Notes under the pieces: model-generated | Database searches by the model: none | What the model saw: the letters and a program-made list of their open reading frames with translations, nothing else | Told to the model about the DNA's origin: nothing | Shown here: piece by piece, positions 27,003 through 35,837 of the stretch | Layout of the letters: each line of letters opens with the position of its first letter | How positions within the stretch are numbered: the stretch's first letter is position 1 | Made by a program: the position numbers and the translations under genes | From: a virus | Taxonomy: Duplodnaviria > Caudoviricetes | Strand: one strand, 5' to 3' | Length of the DNA stretch: 52,893 nucleotides | IMG/VR virus record: IMGVR_UViG_3300032328_000405 | Coordinates: 1 to 52,893 of that record

Positions 27003-27240
27003 TCTGGATCTCCCTAGGCAGGTTTCTCAGGATGACGGAGTAGTCTGGCTCTACCGGCTTCGGCTTGATGCTGTAGAGCGTATGCCGGCCGCCAACCTCG
27101 TTCTTACTAACGTGATCGGCGTCCACGAGCCGGAGCAGGACGTTGGATATTGCCTTGTGTGTCATGCCCTCAATCTTGATGTCACGCACCCTCGTCTCAC
27201 CGTTCAATTCCAGGTAATCAAGCACCTTCTGCTGGCTCAT
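26992..27240 (-). CDS. Winged-helix DNA-binding protein
   Basis: 'KVLDYL..G..RDI..AISNVLLRLV..V..Y'. Confidence 0.6.
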   Translation of the reverse strand: MSQQKVLDYLELNGETRVRDIKIEGMTHKAISNVLLRLVDADHVSKNEVGGRHTLYSIKPKPVEPDYSVILRNLPREIQIDE

Positions 27241-27415
27241 TCTGTTCCTTCAATGGCCACTGTCGGACCGTAAAAAATTCACCGTAACTTTCCCGGACGT
27301 TTGGCGGATAGCCGCGGTCATCTAGCCAATGATAGATGTTGGAATGCAGATCGGAGTCCCAGACCTTCGGGAAACCATACCTCCACCCCTCAGGCGGATC
27401 AATCCACACCTTCAC
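27218..27415 (-). CDS. Hypothetical protein
   Basis: 'IDPPEGWRYGFPK..WL..GYP' phage motif. Confidence 0.7.
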   Translation of the reverse strand: MKVWIDPPEGWRYGFPKVWDSDLHSNIYHWLDDRGYPPNVRESYGEFFTVRQWPLKEQNEPAEGA

Positions 27416-27425
27416 TTTCCTCTCC

Positions 27426-27569
27426 TTAAAATGGTGCGTCCGGAACTTTGGACAAATCTAACTTCGGTTTGCGTTTGCGCTTGATACGCTCAACGATGTG
27501 CGGATAGGGCGGCAGATTCCAGACCCACCGAACCACCCTGCCCTCGTCGTCAAGGATTCCGTATCTCAT
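27426..27569 (-). CDS. Hypothetical protein (47 aa)
   Basis: Likely start MRYGILDDEG; ends 'DAPF'. Confidence 0.55.
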   Translation of the reverse strand: MRYGILDDEGRVVRWVWNLPPYPHIVERIKRKRKPKLDLSKVPDAPF

Positions 27570-27792
27570 TTTTTCTAGCTTCCAACATCGCGTCTGCGTA
27601 TCGATAAGCGTCTCTACCGCAAGCAGGAACGCAGCCCGGCATAGCGTCTGGCTCGTAAATCTCAATCAATGCTTGCAATGCCTTAGCCGCGAAGTAATCA
27701 CGGAGGGTCATATGTAGCGCAGGGGTCGCGGTCCAATTGGCCGAAGCCTGGTCGGAAAAGTTATATCGTGGGTCGTGTTCAGTCATGACCAA
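27550..27792 (-). CDS. Hypothetical phage protein
   Basis: 'MTLRDYFAAKALQ..AY.YADAMLEAR' common phage family pattern. Confidence 0.8.
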   Translation of the reverse strand: MVMTEHDPRYNFSDQASANWTATPALHMTLRDYFAAKALQALIEIYEPDAMPGCVPACGRDAYRYADAMLEARKNEIRNP

Positions 27793-27929
27793 TCCTCATA
27801 GAATTCGTGGTATCCAATCGGCAGCACTACGCCGCACCGCTCGCATCTATCCTGCGTATGACGGTAATGGGCATCAACGCAGCTTATGGTGTTATTGTGG
27901 CCGAGCAGCCAGCACAGAAATTTAGCCAC
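27783..27929 (-). CDS. Small Zn-ribbon protein (48 aa, DUF1660-like), absent from the ORF track
   Basis: MAKFLCWLLGH..CERCG; overlaps both neighbours. Confidence 0.6.
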   Translation of the reverse strand: MAKFLCWLLGHNNTISCVDAHYRHTQDRCERCGVVLPIGYHEFYEDWS

Positions 27930-28251
27930 CGTTCTTCTCCCGCAGCTTGGCTTCTACATCTTTAACTAATTCAATCAAAGCCGGGGCGTCCTCGTAACTA
28001 GGCCACCAACTTGGCAGGGATTTAATTTCCTCATTCGTCAGCCCGACCCACTGTGGACAGCAATGACCGCACCGGGGGCAGTCAATCACATGGGGAGTGA
28101 CATCGGGGGTAACATCGGGGGTAGAAAAAAGGGGCTCTGGTTGTGACATTCTATCGCGCAGGGCTACTGCTGATCGTAGTTGTATATCGGGGTTGTTGCT
28201 ATCCAAAGCATCCAGCGCCTGTTGCATTAGTTCTCGGTCAGTCATCATCAC
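27922..28251 (-). CDS. Hypothetical protein
   Basis: 'DRELMQQALDAL..WVGLTNEEI..EAKLREKN' phage pattern with CPRCG. Confidence 0.75.
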   Translation of the reverse strand: MMMTDRELMQQALDALDSNNPDIQLRSAVALRDRMSQPEPLFSTPDVTPDVTPHVIDCPRCGHCCPQWVGLTNEEIKSLPSWWPSYEDAPALIELVKDVEAKLREKNGG

Positions 28252-28471
28252 CCCATGTTCCGTCTAGCCAGTGATCCAGCATCGCGTGGAGTTCTGCTCG
28301 CTGACGTTCTCCGACTGTTCGGCCATCATCGGTCACAAGGTCATTCCGGACGATCATCTGAAAATCGCCAGAACCAGTAAACTCGATGAAGTGGCCAGAT
28401 GTCCGAATGCCGATTGACTTCTGTGGCTTTTCAATCCCGCCCCAAAGGACTGTGTTTGTCTCTCGAATCAT
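28238..28471 (-). CDS. Hypothetical protein
   Basis: 77 aa, overlapping start and stop codons with neighbours. Confidence 0.6.
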   Translation of the reverse strand: MIRETNTVLWGGIEKPQKSIGIRTSGHFIEFTGSGDFQMIVRNDLVTDDGRTVGERQRAELHAMLDHWLDGTWGDDD

Positions 28472-28986
28472 TTCTCGCCCCTTTGTCGGAAGGCTTCAAG
28501 CACATCATCAGTGCAGCAAATCCCTTCAGCGTCGCTGTTGTCTAGCACTATCAAGCGACACGCCTCCCGTTCCCGCTCCGCAGCTTGCCAATTTATTTCT
28601 GTCAGAAGGTCTTCAATCGTGTCGCCATGCCCTGTCGCATAGCTGCGTTCGACCATCCACTTAGCTACCTTCTCCCGCTCATGCGCGGAGACAATAGCGG
28701 CAAAGCGTTTAAGAAAACCTTCAAACCCTTTGATGTCAACTTCTTCGTAGTACGGCAGACAACAATTGCATTTCAACTCTCCAGCCTCCCGCGCCATGCG
28801 GATGATGTCATCGCGTGTCATGGTTTTCCCGATCGGTAATTTTGATTCGCGATTACTAGGCTTCCCTGCGGATTCTTCCCGTTCGGGGTTACAGGTGCAT
28901 CTTCGGCCCTGTCCGCAGTCTCCTGTGCAGCCACTGCCTCCGCTAAAAATTTCGCGAAGATACAGTCGCCTGGCCAATTTGAACAT
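28468..28986 (-). CDS. Hypothetical protein (possibly two fused modules, internal start MTRDDII at 28821)
   Basis: 'CTGDCGQGRRCTC' module followed by 'MTRDDIIRMAREAG..YATGHGDTIEDLL..EREAC'. Confidence 0.65.
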   Translation of the reverse strand: MFKLARRLYLREIFSGGSGCTGDCGQGRRCTCNPEREESAGKPSNRESKLPIGKTMTRDDIIRMAREAGELKCNCCLPYYEEVDIKGFEGFLKRFAAIVSAHEREKVAKWMVERSYATGHGDTIEDLLTEINWQAAEREREACRLIVLDNSDAEGICCTDDVLEAFRQRGEK

Positions 28987-29010
28987 CTATCCAACTCCTT
29001 TTGACGGCGG

Positions 29011-29307
29011 TTAGATGTTGTGTGCATCCTCCACCAAACGGGCAAAATCGACAACTTCATCCAGGTCACCCTTGACGTAATATTCCTTGGCATTCTCGTG
29101 CTTGTCAATAAGGCCTGCTGCTAGTGCGAGCTTCACGAGCTGACGCTGCCCCAGACCCATCGGAGGCTTGTTCTCTTCAAAGCTGAAGCAGGCGCTGTCC
29201 CAAGCGGCACACCAGCACTTGTACAGCGGCTCCTCGAGAGGGTGGTAGTTACCATTTCCGACCATGATGCTGTCTCGCCATTTACGCCACGCAATATCGC
29301 GCTCCAT
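29011..29307 (-). CDS. Hypothetical protein
   Basis: 98 aa with GGAG RBS. Confidence 0.65.
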   Translation of the reverse strand: MERDIAWRKWRDSIMVGNGNYHPLEEPLYKCWCAAWDSACFSFEENKPPMGLGQRQLVKLALAAGLIDKHENAKEYYVKGDLDEVVDFARLVEDAHNI

Positions 29308-29310
29308 ACT

Positions 29311-29595
29311 CTACTCCACAATGATTCGATCGCCGACGCCATCTTTCCGGGCGGCCGACTCCCATCCAATGTTGAAGTCCCAACTGCCATCTTTCTGGCG
29401 CTTTGCCTCAATGAACTGGATCTTGCACGGGAAATTGTAAGACTTGGTGACAAAGCCATAATTGGAATAAACCTTAACGCGCTTGTTCTCTGGCTTTAAA
29501 TGGCCAAGCAACTCAACCAGCTCCTCTTCCTCTACCGCTCGGGCGCTTGAGTTACCGCGTTTCCCGAAGTGCTTCTTCAATTCGATTACTTTCAT
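29311..29595 (-). CDS. Hypothetical protein
   Basis: Likely start MKVIELK; the upstream part of the ORF overlaps 29552-29749. Confidence 0.6.
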   Translation of the reverse strand: MKVIELKKHFGKRGNSSARAVEEEELVELLGHLKPENKRVKVYSNYGFVTKSYNFPCKIQFIEAKRQKDGSWDFNIGWESAARKDGVGDRIIVE

Positions 29596-29749
29596 TGTTA
29601 CCAACATAAAGGCGTGAACAATGAAAGAGTAAATCACTGACCAATGAATTGACAAGTGTTCTGTCCGGTGATGAAGAGGCCATAATCTCTTGAAGCTTGC
29701 GAGCATGGATTAAGAGGATTGTGGTCGATTCTGCGATTTCAATTTGCAT
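29552..29749 (-). CDS. Hypothetical protein
   Basis: 65 aa, starts just after the terminator. Confidence 0.5.
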   Translation of the reverse strand: MQIEIAESTTILLIHARKLQEIMASSSPDRTLVNSLVSDLLFHCSRLYVGNNESNRIEEALRETR

Positions 29750-29778
29750 AAAAAAAGCCCCCGGTTTAGAGGGGGCCG
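29750..29778 (-). terminator. Rho-independent terminator
   Basis: Minus strand GCCCCC-tctaaacc-GGGGGC-TTTTTTT. Confidence 0.8.
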
Positions 29779-29784
29779 GTTAGA

Positions 29785-30099
29785 TTAGCGGGAGGTGACC
29801 TTGATCGAGAACACCGCGGTCGTCTTCGTGAACTCGGCCACCTTGTCAGCGCTGATGCCGCAGGACTTGACCAGTGCCTTCCAGTCAACGACAGAGCGGT
29901 TGGACTCGGAGTGGGTTGCCTTGAAGAGAGCACCCTCAAATACTTTGGCGCCGCCTGGAAGAGTCGCCTCGTCCTTCATTGCGTCTTTGATCGCGTCAGC
30001 CCGTGCAGTCAACTCTGCGATCTGGGCAAGTAAGGCACCCAGCTCGTCAACTTCGTTGGTCTGGAGTGCGAGGGCTTCGATGTTGGTTACTGCGTTCAT
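29785..30099 (-). CDS. Hypothetical early protein (104 aa)
   Basis: 'VDELGALLAQIAEL..IK..FEG..F.A..R..VDWK' phage pattern; shared RBS. Confidence 0.75.
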   Translation of the reverse strand: MNAVTNIEALALQTNEVDELGALLAQIAELTARADAIKDAMKDEATLPGGAKVFEGALFKATHSESNRSVVDWKALVKSCGISADKVAEFTKTTAVFSIKVTSR

Positions 30100-30200
30100 T
30101 TCACTGTCCTTTTTAACCTGGGCCACACCGTGCAGCCCATGAGTTGAATACTACACAGAATTTTTGGTCCTGTGTAGATTTTTTTCACTTTTTTTCAAAT
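30097..30200 (-). promoter_or_regulatory. Early promoter cassette, copy 3
   Basis: Perfect CTACACAG-N11-CTGTGTAG dyad, TAGTAT -10, A-tracts; TTCAACTCATG and RBS shared with copy 1. Confidence 0.72.
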
Positions 30201-30356
30201 TTTTTTTGGCTCCGGTTCTTCCTCACGTTTGAGGTGCTCCAGCAGGGGCTCGAGGACCGATTCCTGCTCAGGACGCAGCTTCATCCACGCCTCTACCTCT
30301 TGGATGATGATCGCAACGCCAGCGTCAAACCCTTGAATCCATTCGTTAATTTGCAC
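30195..30356 (-). CDS. Small hypothetical protein (53 aa), absent from the ORF track
   Basis: MQINEWIQGFDAGVAIIIQEVE..; overlaps the rusA stop. Confidence 0.55.
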   Translation of the reverse strand: MQINEWIQGFDAGVAIIIQEVEAWMKLRPEQESVLEPLLEHLKREEEPEPKKI

Positions 30357-30702
30357 TTTCAGCCTCTTTGATAGTTACCTTGAGCATCCCTGCGACTATA
30401 TCGCCCCAATAGACACGCAAGTCTACAATCTGCGAGTCGTCCTTGTAAATACCTGCGTGAGCCAGCGCATCGAGCGGCGCCTTCAAAAGATTATCGAGGT
30501 CCCGCTTACGCTTGTCAGGACGGAACGCCTCTACCTCAACGACGATCGGACCCTCGAAATGTGCGGTCGGATTAGTGTTCATAATCTGATGCATCACCGC
30601 CTCACGGTACAGGCGGCCTGCTTCAGAGATGACCATTCGGTTGCGCCATTTACGCCAGTAGGTATTGACACTGGGCGGCCAGGGCAGGGTGATCTCCATC
30701 AT
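30346..30702 (-). CDS. rusA: RusA Holliday junction resolvase
   Basis: 'LPWPPSVNTYWR', 'PDKRKRDLDNLLK..DAL..DDSQI'. Confidence 0.93.
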   Translation of the reverse strand: MMEITLPWPPSVNTYWRKWRNRMVISEAGRLYREAVMHQIMNTNPTAHFEGPIVVEVEAFRPDKRKRDLDNLLKAPLDALAHAGIYKDDSQIVDLRVYWGDIVAGMLKVTIKEAESAN

Positions 30703-31685
30703 CTGTACCTCATTAGGTTCATCTGCTCGTTTTCACAAAATGATTGACTCTCGCGGTGATACCAGAGCTTGTACCACTCCTCGATGTCGCCGTTACGCTG
30801 CTTCTCACACATCAGCGTCAGGTCGTGCTCAAAAGGCATATACCCGCCGCCGGACTTCTGCGCGGCCTCCTTCTTTTTGTTTCTCCAGACCACAAACACA
30901 TTATCAACCTGGTCGGTGATCGCGCCTGAGCCCTTGAGGTCGAACTTGTTAGGCTGCGCCTCCTCCGACAAAAGCTTGCGAATGTGATGGACTAGGTGAA
31001 TATGGACGTCATGGTCTCGAGCCAGCGCCGTCAGCTCGTCAATAAAGTTTTTCTGGGCGTTGTAGTCATCCTCGCCTGAGATACATTTCATGAGGCTGTC
31101 AATGAAAATGTGCCGGATGCCCAGCTCCATCGCGCAGTACCTGGCCATCGCCACAACCGATCGTGCGTCAGTAGTCCCTTGCTGATCGTACAGCCAGAGC
31201 TTCGATTGCGAGAAAGTATCGAACTCAACGACAGTTTTTGCCAGCGCATCCTGGGGGTAGGTCATCCCCTCAACGTTCTCACCAGAGAATTGACGCAGCA
31301 TTCGGGTCAGCGTTCGGACTGGCTTCATTTCGAAACTGGCGATGCAGACGCGCTCACCCTGGCCGACAAGGCTTAGTGCTATCTGCCCCGTTAAAAGGCT
31401 CTTGCCGCCCCCGTTAGAGCCTGCGTAGACCGTTACCTCGCCCAAGCGGAACTCGAACTCGCCCCAGGTTTTGGTCCAGGGCATCTGCAGCGGCTTGGGT
31501 GGTGCCGGCTGGTTGCGGCTGTCAAGGATCTCGAGGAGGTAGGCGCTGGCCTCTCGGACCTTGAGCTTGATCTCGGTTAACTTTTCATATTTTGCGACGT
31601 CTATGTCGGATTGTCGGACTTTACGGTGTTGGTCGAGCGCCTTCGCCCGTTCTTCGATGCCGTCAGGCGAATTTGAGAGCTTCAT
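30699..31685 (-). CDS. DnaB/T7 gp4-like replicative helicase
   Basis: Walker A 'GSNGGGKS', 'SFEM', 'IFIDSL', 'HLVHH', 'KGSGAI', 'KQRNG'. Confidence 0.9.
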   Translation of the reverse strand: MKLSNSPDGIEERAKALDQHRKVRQSDIDVAKYEKLTEIKLKVREASAYLLEILDSRNQPAPPKPLQMPWTKTWGEFEFRLGEVTVYAGSNGGGKSLLTGQIALSLVGQGERVCIASFEMKPVRTLTRMLRQFSGENVEGMTYPQDALAKTVVEFDTFSQSKLWLYDQQGTTDARSVVAMARYCAMELGIRHIFIDSLMKCISGEDDYNAQKNFIDELTALARDHDVHIHLVHHIRKLLSEEAQPNKFDLKGSGAITDQVDNVFVVWRNKKKEAAQKSGGGYMPFEHDLTLMCEKQRNGDIEEWYKLWYHRESQSFCENEQMNLMRYR

Positions 31686-32058
31686 CGATCCTCTCGTAGG
31701 CTAGCCAGGCACGGTCGATGTCGGCCTGGGTAAGGGTTTTTCCACGCGAAACGTCAAGGGCCAGGGTCATTGCGACGACGGCCTCGAAGTGAATGATTTT
31801 CAACAGGTCCTTAGAGTAGAACTTAGGCTTTGGACCCTTGCGCTCCCGTTTGTCGGGAAACAGGTTGGAGATGTCAATGCCGATTGCGCCACAGATTTCA
31901 TGGGCGGTGCATCCTGCGAAGCAGTGTAAAAGGATCACCCCATCGCGGTCTGCAATGGCCAGTGACGGGGATTTGTCTTGATGCGACGGGCACTTGGCAG
32001 TCCACGAGCCATTCCGACCCGAGACCTTGTCCAACCGCGAGAGGAGATTATCAATCAT
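31663..32058 (-). CDS. Primase-type zinc-finger protein
   Basis: 'CPSHQDKSPSL..HCFAGC'; no TOPRIM domain seen. Confidence 0.85.
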   Translation of the reverse strand: MIDNLLSRLDKVSGRNGSWTAKCPSHQDKSPSLAIADRDGVILLHCFAGCTAHEICGAIGIDISNLFPDKRERKGPKPKFYSKDLLKIIHFEAVVAMTLALDVSRGKTLTQADIDRAWLAYERIDEALKFA

Positions 32059-32699
32059 TTTCCCTGCCTCGGCGGGACAAACGGTTCATGGCTATCCCAC
32101 CTCCTCTGGTTAAGGTAGGTCGAAGGAGCCGGAACGTAGCCTGCTATCCACGACTCAGAGGTTACCGATTTCTGGACGTGAGCGATGATCGCGTCAGCTT
32201 CACCGTCGAGGGCCTGCTTCGCCCAGGAGTTCATCGCGAGCTCCTTTCCGTACTTTCTCATCCCTGCAGGCCACACTTTCCAAAATTCACCGAAGCGATT
32301 AGCGAGAGCGGCCGTAGGTATTGGTTTTATCTTTTCTTCTCTAATCTTCTCTTCTCTACTCTTCTCTTTAGTATTACGCTCAGGATACGAACGTATCGCC
32401 CACCTAGCGTTGACTGCGTCCCTCGCCTTCTGGGACTTGACCTCAAAGTCAGAGAGGTCGTCGTCCGCCTGCTGGTAGGAGTAGCCCTCTTCGCCAAACC
32501 TGAAGAACTCTTTTAGAACAGAATCAACGACTTGGACGTCAGAGATCTGGATTCTCTTGGCGACCCACTCTGCGTTCGGGAATGGTTGTTTGTGGCCGTA
32601 GTAGAGGTCGATGCAGCGCCTCAGCACCAGGTCCTCGAGTTCGGTTAGGTGGCGGGTCTGCATCGCGTATTCAGCGTATCGAAATTTGTACCAGTTCAC
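32055..32699 (-). CDS. Replication initiator, DUF1376/YdaU-like
   Basis: 'MNWYKF..Y..T.HL..E..RR..D.YY', 'F.EFWK.WP..K', 'P.PSTYLNQRRW'. Confidence 0.82.
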   Translation of the reverse strand: MNWYKFRYAEYAMQTRHLTELEDLVLRRCIDLYYGHKQPFPNAEWVAKRIQISDVQVVDSVLKEFFRFGEEGYSYQQADDDLSDFEVKSQKARDAVNARWAIRSYPERNTKEKSREEKIREEKIKPIPTAALANRFGEFWKVWPAGMRKYGKELAMNSWAKQALDGEADAIIAHVQKSVTSESWIAGYVPAPSTYLNQRRWDSHEPFVPPRQGK

Positions 32700-32724
32700 T
32701 GTTGTACCTCCTTAAGGTGTGCGA

Positions 32725-32786
32725 ACGATGACCGATCAAAAGACAGTCGTCAAGGGGGTTGACAAGATTTTTTTTGTGTGTAGAGT
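32725..32786. promoter_or_regulatory. Divergent sigma70 promoters
   Basis: Plus strand TTGACA-16-TAGAGT (32759-32786); minus strand TTGACG-17-CATCGT. Confidence 0.65.
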
Positions 32787-32825
32787 CCGCTTTGCCAACG
32801 TTTGGCGTCAACACAAGAGGAAAAA

Positions 32826-33443
32826 ATGATCCTATCGAAGCAAGTAGAAGGCAACTATAAGCAGATCCCGGCAGGCACCTACCTGGCCCGCTGCTACCGT
32901 TTTGTAGACATGGGAACGCAGACGGCTGTGTACGACGGTGAGACGAAAAGCCGCCACGTCGTCATGATCCAGTGGGAAGTTCACGGAAGCGATGAGAACG
33001 GAGAGGATCTTGTCACGAACAAGGGTGAGCCGCTTACGATCACCAAGAACTACACCGCGAGCATGAACGAGGCCTCCACCCTGCGTAAGCACCTCCGAGC
33101 CTGGCGCGGTCGTGACTTTACACCAGAGGAGGAGAAGGGCTTCAAGATGGAGAACATCCTCGGCCAGTGGTGTATGTTGACCGTAGAAGAAAATCCCGGC
33201 TCAAACGGTCGGATGTACACGAACGTCAGCTCGGTGAGTCCTGTTCACGCCACGCTCAAGAAGAACCTCCCGCAGGGCTATAACCAGCCCGACTTCTTTA
33301 GTTTGGCCGATCGCAACATGTCTGTCTTTGAGCGGTTATCTGATCGCATCAAGGAGAAGATTCAGGCGGCCCCGGAGTGGTCTGCGAAGAAGGCTGCGCC
33401 GGCAAGCGTCAGCGTTGACGTCGACGAAGACATCCCCTTCTGA
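32826..33443 (+). CDS. Putative single-stranded DNA-binding protein
   Basis: 'PAGTYLARC..D.GTQ', acidic 'DEDIPF' SSB-type C-terminus. Confidence 0.75.
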   Translation: MILSKQVEGNYKQIPAGTYLARCYRFVDMGTQTAVYDGETKSRHVVMIQWEVHGSDENGEDLVTNKGEPLTITKNYTASMNEASTLRKHLRAWRGRDFTPEEEKGFKMENILGQWCMLTVEENPGSNGRMYTNVSSVSPVHATLKKNLPQGYNQPDFFSLADRNMSVFERLSDRIKEKIQAAPEWSAKKAAPASVSVDVDEDIPF

Positions 33444-33592
33444 TGATCATGTTAAGCGCCATCCTATTTGGTGTTGGGGTGGCCTGTGCGCTGGCGGGTG
33501 AAAACCTGCTGGCCATAGGTTTCCTGGGTGCCTGTTTAGTTACGACAGTAATCGCTAAAAAAATTGAGGAAAAGCATGGATTTTACAGATGA
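33443..33592 (+). CDS. Small 2-TM membrane protein (49 aa), absent from the ORF track
   Basis: MIMLSAILFGVGVACALAGENLLAIGFLGACLVTTVIAKKIEEKHGFYR; TGATG coupling. Confidence 0.55.
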   Translation: MIMLSAILFGVGVACALAGENLLAIGFLGACLVTTVIAKKIEEKHGFYR

Positions 33593-33857
33593 GCAAGCCG
33601 CGATCCTTGAACTCGAGGCCGCGAAGACAGACCAAGTGAAAGCCAAAACCAGCAAGTTCTTTGATCGGGTCATAGACAGGTCTGGCCTAACAGGGACCGC
33701 CCGACAGGTAATGCTGCTGAGTGAGCCGATCTCGGTTGACATTTCGATTCGGGTTCCGATTCAGGCGTTCACAGATCACAAGGCCCTTAACGCGATTGAG
33801 CGGAAGCTTACTGAGGAGTGGGGCGTTCAGGTTTACTTGATCACGAGAACGAAATGA
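33576..33857 (+). CDS. Hypothetical protein
   Basis: GAGG RBS before MDFTDE. Confidence 0.65.
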   Translation: MDFTDEQAAILELEAAKTDQVKAKTSKFFDRVIDRSGLTGTARQVMLLSEPISVDISIRVPIQAFTDHKALNAIERKLTEEWGVQVYLITRTK

Positions 33858-34621
33858 GCAAAATATCAGGCATTGAGGCTAAGGACGGGAAGTTTTTGTA
33901 TCCCACAAATGACACATACATCGGCAGGTGCATGGCCGAGTACGGGGAGTGGGAGTCGGACCTAGTGAGCAAGTGCCTGCGGATCATTCCAGAGGGCGGA
34001 GTCGTTGTAGAGGTGGGATCTAACATTGGCACTCACACGGTACCAATTGCAAGAAACTTGGGGCCCAACGGAAAAGTTTACGCTTTTGAGCCTCAGCGCC
34101 TGATATTTCAATTGTTGTGTGCTAATTTAATATGCAATGAGGTTTATAACGTTTTTGCTTATAATGCCGCGGTCGGAGACAGGCCGGGCGAGGTATTGGT
34201 TCCTGACTTAGATATTGGCCTTGAGGAGAACTTTGGAGCTGTGCGGGTTGCGGGCAATGAAGGGATAAAAGTTGACCTAATGACCATCGACCAATTAAAG
34301 CTTGATCGGTGTGACTTTATTAAGGTTGACGCTGAGGACTTTGAGCCGCAAGTAATGCTAGGCGCCTTTGAGACGATCAACAAATTATCTCCCGTTATCT
34401 ATCTTGAGTACAATTATCACGTTAGAAGCACAATCAATTTTTACATAAAACAGTTCCTGAAGGGCTACACTGCTTGGGAACACAACGAGCCTATATTTAA
34501 GGAAAACAATTACTTTGAAAACAAAACCAACCACTACGACTCAATATGTTCGTTGGGCTTGATCTTGTCAAAGAATGACATTCCTGGTGTCACTGATTCA
34601 TTGCAGATAGTTTCAATATAA
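33854..34621 (+). CDS. FkbM-family SAM-dependent methyltransferase
   Basis: 'VVEVGSNIGTHT', 'VYAFEP', 'DFIKVDAEDFE..G..I..P.IYLE'. Confidence 0.9.
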   Translation: MSKISGIEAKDGKFLYPTNDTYIGRCMAEYGEWESDLVSKCLRIIPEGGVVVEVGSNIGTHTVPIARNLGPNGKVYAFEPQRLIFQLLCANLICNEVYNVFAYNAAVGDRPGEVLVPDLDIGLEENFGAVRVAGNEGIKVDLMTIDQLKLDRCDFIKVDAEDFEPQVMLGAFETINKLSPVIYLEYNYHVRSTINFYIKQFLKGYTAWEHNEPIFKENNYFENKTNHYDSICSLGLILSKNDIPGVTDSLQIVSI

Positions 34622-34905
34622 TGGAGGCCTTAATGCAGTCATCTGCCGTATTCAAAATTTTTAAACTTAACCCCGCTGTTTTCCAAGCCAATCCTCAGTT
34701 ACCGGACGACGAAGAAGGCGGAAACGCATTTTGTGGGAACTGTGTTTTTTGGGACAAAGACGAAGATGAAGATTCAATCGGTGAATGTCGCCGCAACCCG
34801 CCCCAGGTCATTACATTGGCTGACGAAGACGGAACCATGACCCCGGTATCTGTTTTCCCGGCCTCTGAAGTTGACCAGTGGTGCGGGGAACACCAGGAAG
34901 AGTAA
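34621..34905 (+). CDS. Small Cys-rich (metal-binding) protein
   Basis: 'CGNCVFW..GECRRNPP..FP..WCGEH'. Confidence 0.75.
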   Translation: MEALMQSSAVFKIFKLNPAVFQANPQLPDDEEGGNAFCGNCVFWDKDEDEDSIGECRRNPPQVITLADEDGTMTPVSVFPASEVDQWCGEHQEE

Positions 34906-34907
34906 AA

Positions 34908-35837
34908 ATGACGGGCCAGTTTTGTACGGACGAAGAGATTGCCGCTGCCTGTAGACAGTACAGTAGCACAACAGAGGCAGCCCAATCTCTAGGAATGAGC
35001 GACCGTAATTTTCGCAGGAGGAAATCTAAGCTAAACCTCCACACGAAGGCACACGTTCAGAAAGCCGAACATAGGGGCGGTGTCACAGACGGCACCGTCC
35101 TTGTTTTTTCCGACGCACATTTCTGGCCTAACGTCAGGACGACCGCTCTCAAGGGCCTCTTATGGGCGATAAAAGAGCTTAAACCGGTGATGGTCATCGC
35201 GAACGGAGACATATTTGACGGGGCCGGGATCAGCAGGCACCCCAGGTCGCAATGGCAAACGAGGCCAAACGTCCGGCAGGAACTCGAGGCTTGCAAGGAG
35301 TACATGACCGAGATTGAGGAGGCCTGCCACAAAGCCCGCCACCATACTCAGTTGATCTGGCCACTAGGCAACCACGACACCCGGTTTGAATCTCGCCTGA
35401 GCGCCTTCGTGCCTGAATTTGAGGGTGTTCAGGGGCTGACGCTACAGGAGCATTTCCCGAAGTGGCACCCCTGCTGGAGCTGCTGGCCGACGGACGATGT
35501 AATCGTTAAACACCGTTTTAAAAGTGGCGTCCACGCTACGCATCAGAACACGGTCTCGGCAGGGGTTACGATCGTTACAGGGCACCTGCACAGTCTCAAG
35601 GTCACGCCGTTCTCGGATCTTCGTGGAAACCGTTTCGGGGTTGATACCGGTACGTTGGCTGAGATTGACGGGCCTCAGTTTCTTGATTATTTAGAGATGA
35701 ACCCAACAAACTGGCGGTCTGGGTTTGCTGTTTTGACCTTTAAGGATTCAAAATTGCTTTGGCCGGAGCTTGTCCACAAGTGGGATGAGGGCGTGATTGA
35801 ATTTAGAGGGCAACTTATTGACGTAGGTGCGTTATGA
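34908..35837 (+). CDS. Calcineurin-like metallophosphoesterase with N-terminal HTH
   Basis: 'SDAH', 'NGDIFD', 'GNHD', 'GHLH' motifs. Confidence 0.88.
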   Translation: MTGQFCTDEEIAAACRQYSSTTEAAQSLGMSDRNFRRRKSKLNLHTKAHVQKAEHRGGVTDGTVLVFSDAHFWPNVRTTALKGLLWAIKELKPVMVIANGDIFDGAGISRHPRSQWQTRPNVRQELEACKEYMTEIEEACHKARHHTQLIWPLGNHDTRFESRLSAFVPEFEGVQGLTLQEHFPKWHPCWSCWPTDDVIVKHRFKSGVHATHQNTVSAGVTIVTGHLHSLKVTPFSDLRGNRFGVDTGTLAEIDGPQFLDYLEMNPTNWRSGFAVLTFKDSKLLWPELVHKWDEGVIEFRGQLIDVGAL

